Shown here: positions 17,502-19,937 of the stretch, piece by piece | Numbering within the stretch: the stretch's first letter is position 1 | Layout: each line of letters starts with the position of its first letter | Assembly (NCBI GenBank): GCA_039683575.1 | Contig: JBDKRC010000333.1 | Span: 1-19,937 of the forward strand | DNA from: Armatimonadia bacterium | Lineage (GTDB): Bacteria > Armatimonadota > Zipacnadia > Zipacnadales > UBA11051 | Length of the DNA: 19,937 nucleotides | Reading direction: 5' to 3' | Notes under the pieces: generated by a model | What the model was told of the DNA's origin: nothing | Seen by the model: the letters and a program-made list of their open reading frames with translations, nothing else | Databases searched by the model: none | Made by a program: the position numbers and the translations under genes

Positions 17502-19619
17502 ATGGATTTGATCGAACCCACCGAGCGGACAATGAAGCTGCGGAAACAGATTCTTCTCTGCCCAATGATGGCAGAACTGCCGTCGCACACCTGGGGCCCG
17601 CGAAGGGACTTGCTACTGGCCGAAGGGTGGGTGGCGTCGGCAGGCGAGCTAACAACCCGCCTGCGCCGCGCGGCGAGTCACGCCTACCGCCTGGACCACA
17701 GCGAGATCGTGATCGGCGAGAGCGAGTTGATAGTGGGCTGCCCGGACCTCTCAGCGCTGACTGAAGAGGAGGAGCAGCGACTCAAGCAGATCCAGGCAGC
17801 CCGCACAGGCATGCCGCTGTCTCGTGGAACCTATGACCACATGGCCATGGACTATGAGAAGCTCATTGAAGTGGGGGTCAACGGCCTGATAGCGGAGCTA
17901 GAGCAGCGCCGCAAGGGTCTGAACCCGCAGTTGCCGGAGAGCATCGGGAAGGACGAGTTCTACCAGGGCTGCCTGCTCGAACTTGGGGCGCTCCTGAGGT
18001 TTGCCGAGCGGTATGTCGAACGGGCCCGGAAGATGGCTGAGAGCGCACCAGCGCCGCGTGCGAGCGAGTTGCGGGATATTGCCGACATCATGGAGAGGGT
18101 CCCGGCGGGGCCGGCAAAGACCTTCCGCGAGGCCTTGCAGACCATACACTTCTACACGTTCATGCTGTGGGGCGACTACCAGATGGGGCGCCCGGATCAG
18201 TTTCTGATTGACTTGTACCGCGCTGACCTCGCGGCAGGTAGACTGACCCCGGAGAGCGCGCAGGAGCTGATTGACTGCTACTGTTTCCTGTACTCGACCA
18301 ACCACCCCAAGGGGTCGGCGGTTGGGTTCATGGTCGGCGGGCGGGATCGCGCCGGCAAGGCGGTACACAACGAACTGACCTACATGTTCATCAACAGCAT
18401 CGCCCACACCCGCATGGCCTATCCGAGTATCGGACTGTGCGTACACGAGGAGACACCTGAGGACCTGCTGGACCTGGCCGTGGACATGCTGGCAAACGGC
18501 TACTCGCACCCGGCGATCTTCAACGACGAAGCCATCACGCGGGGTCTGATGGACCTGGGGCTGCCAGAGCGCGACGCGCGGAATTATGTCCACAGTTCGT
18601 GTGTAGAGATCACGCCCTGCACGCAGTCCGGCTGCTGGGTCTTCAGTCCGGTCATAAACACCCCGGCGCTGCTTTTGGAGGTCATGAGGGACGCCACTGA
18701 GTGCGATGGCGTGGAAGAGCTCATGGAGACCTATGAGCAGCGACTGCGCGAAAAGGTCCTGGCTGACGTTGGCATCCAGAAGATGCTGCAGCTCGAGAGA
18801 TCGAGAAACGGCAGCGACAACCTGCTCTCCTCGTGCCTCGTGAACGACTGCTTGAAGAAGGGGAAAGCCATTGACGAGGGTGGCGCGAACTACAACTTCA
18901 TCATGCCGACTTTCCTGGGCATGGCCAACCTCGCGGACTCGATCATCGCGATCAAGGCCCTGGTATTTGAGGAGCAGGACCTGACGATGGGCGAGTTTCA
19001 CCAGATACTCATGGACGACTTCAAAGGCGAGGAGCCGCTGCACAGGCGGATCATCAACAAGCTTCCGCACTTTGGCAACAACGATCCGGAGACGAACGCC
19101 CTGATGCGGGCGGTCTCGGAGATGATCGTGCGCTCGTGCGAAGGGATTGTGAACCTGTACGGCGACAAGGCCATACCGGGGGCCTATACGTATCTGCAGC
19201 ACGTAGCCGAGGGGAAGAAGACGCCAGCGACACCGGATGGGCGCAGGGCGCATACTGCGCTGGCCGCGGCGTCGTCGCCGGTGCAGGGGCGCGACGTCAG
19301 CGGGCCGACAGCGGCGATCATGTCGTCGACCTGCTGGGACCAGCAGCCATTCATGGGCGGCGTCGCGATCAATTTCAAGTTCCAACCGATGGGGGACGCG
19401 ACGCGAAGCAGCATGAAGGCGGTCATCAAGACGGCGATGGATCAAGGGGGGCTACAGCTTCAGGTGAACTGCGTGTCGAGAGAGACGTTGCTAGATGCGC
19501 GGGAGCATCCGGAGGACCACCGGGATTTGCTGGTGCGCATTGGTGGGTATAGCGATTTCTATACGTTGCTGGCGCCGGAGATGCAGGATGAGATATTGGC
19601 GCGGACGGGGCATGGGTAG
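17502..19619 (+). CDS. Glycyl radical enzyme (PFL superfamily, not canonical PFL; 705 aa)
   Basis: RBS AAGGAG; PAKTFREALQ, GRPDQ, Cys loop SSCVE, FGN, ATPDGR, QLQVNCV, Gly loop LLVRIGGYS. Confidence 0.92.
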   Translation: MDLIEPTERTMKLRKQILLCPMMAELPSHTWGPRRDLLLAEGWVASAGELTTRLRRAASHAYRLDHSEIVIGESELIVGCPDLSALTEEEEQRLKQIQAARTGMPLSRGTYDHMAMDYEKLIEVGVNGLIAELEQRRKGLNPQLPESIGKDEFYQGCLLELGALLRFAERYVERARKMAESAPAPRASELRDIADIMERVPAGPAKTFREALQTIHFYTFMLWGDYQMGRPDQFLIDLYRADLAAGRLTPESAQELIDCYCFLYSTNHPKGSAVGFMVGGRDRAGKAVHNELTYMFINSIAHTRMAYPSIGLCVHEETPEDLLDLAVDMLANGYSHPAIFNDEAITRGLMDLGLPERDARNYVHSSCVEITPCTQSGCWVFSPVINTPALLLEVMRDATECDGVEELMETYEQRLREKVLADVGIQKMLQLERSRNGSDNLLSSCLVNDCLKKGKAIDEGGANYNFIMPTFLGMANLADSIIAIKALVFEEQDLTMGEFHQILMDDFKGEEPLHRRIINKLPHFGNNDPETNALMRAVSEMIVRSCEGIVNLYGDKAIPGAYTYLQHVAEGKKTPATPDGRRAHTALAAASSPVQGRDVSGPTAAIMSSTCWDQQPFMGGVAINFKFQPMGDATRSSMKAVIKTAMDQGGLQLQVNCVSRETLLDAREHPEDHRDLLVRIGGYSDFYTLLAPEMQDEILARTGHG

Positions 19620-19710
19620 GGGGGAGGAACGGCGGGGACAGAAAACGGAAAACGGAAAACAGGGGGAGGGGAGGCGGGGATATCGCGGTCTGGTGACCGC
19701 TCCTACAGGC
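19620..19710 (-). repeat. Inverted copy of the GTAG REP plus pyrimidine tail seen at 11423-11552
   Basis: Reverse complement reads GCCTGTAGGAGCGGTCACCAGACCGCGAT...CTCCCCTCCCCCTGTTTTCCGTTTTCCGTTTTCTG. Confidence 0.8.
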
Positions 19711-19937
19711 AGCCGGGTTGGTGAGGACCAGGATGCGTCAAGGGAGCGGGGCGGATAGCCTTGTCCGCCCGGCTGGAAGCCGGGCTTTATTGGCGTTAGC
19801 TCGCGGCAGGATCTGATATTTCGCACTTTGACAATTGGTCTTCCTCTAGGCTGCTCACGCTTGCGGCTACAGGCTTAGCAGGTGGTCGGGGTCGGGTAGG
19901 CCCAGGGCCTGGATGATGTCTCGTTGCTGCTCGGTCA

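Noticed and set aside
17898-19445. Long antisense ORFs (also 9314..10294, 12074..13081, 15800..16855)
   Set aside because: Shadow frames of high-GC genes whose opposite strand has clear family motifs.
17502-19619. Calling the GRE pflB
   Set aside because: It lacks the adjacent Cys-Cys pair and the RVSGY motif of pyruvate formate-lyase.
19828-19852. TTGACA with TAGGCT as a promoter
   Set aside because: 13-nt spacing, and the downstream target is outside the window.

Overview
High-GC bacterial window (taxon cannot be determined from sequence) with 14 supportable genes separated by repeat-dense spacers. Left to right: a (CCGTTG)n array and REP-like element; mtnA; a cassette (GYF_2-like/Pro-rich/TM/M48 peptidase, a 63-aa ORF and a decayed HUH/Y1 transposase fragment) bracketed by a 69-bp direct repeat; a secreted 559-aa hypothetical; a minus-strand TSUP / MtnP-family phosphorylase / HAD-IIA operon; an HD hydrolase; a REP cluster; a TPR lipoprotein; a phosphodiester glycosidase; a 60-aa membrane peptide with its own promoter, three LexA-like boxes and terminator; a GT-B glycan protein; a GHMP kinase; a sialate O-acetylesterase; and a non-PFL glycyl radical enzyme. 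Best leads: the candidate SOS-repressed small membrane protein, several co-varying REP/MITE-like families (one copy in-frame inside a gene), a C-rich to G-rich strand switch near 16.4-17.5 kb, and 6-oxopurine-type residues in the phosphorylase. Family calls come from motif recognition by eye, not database searches.
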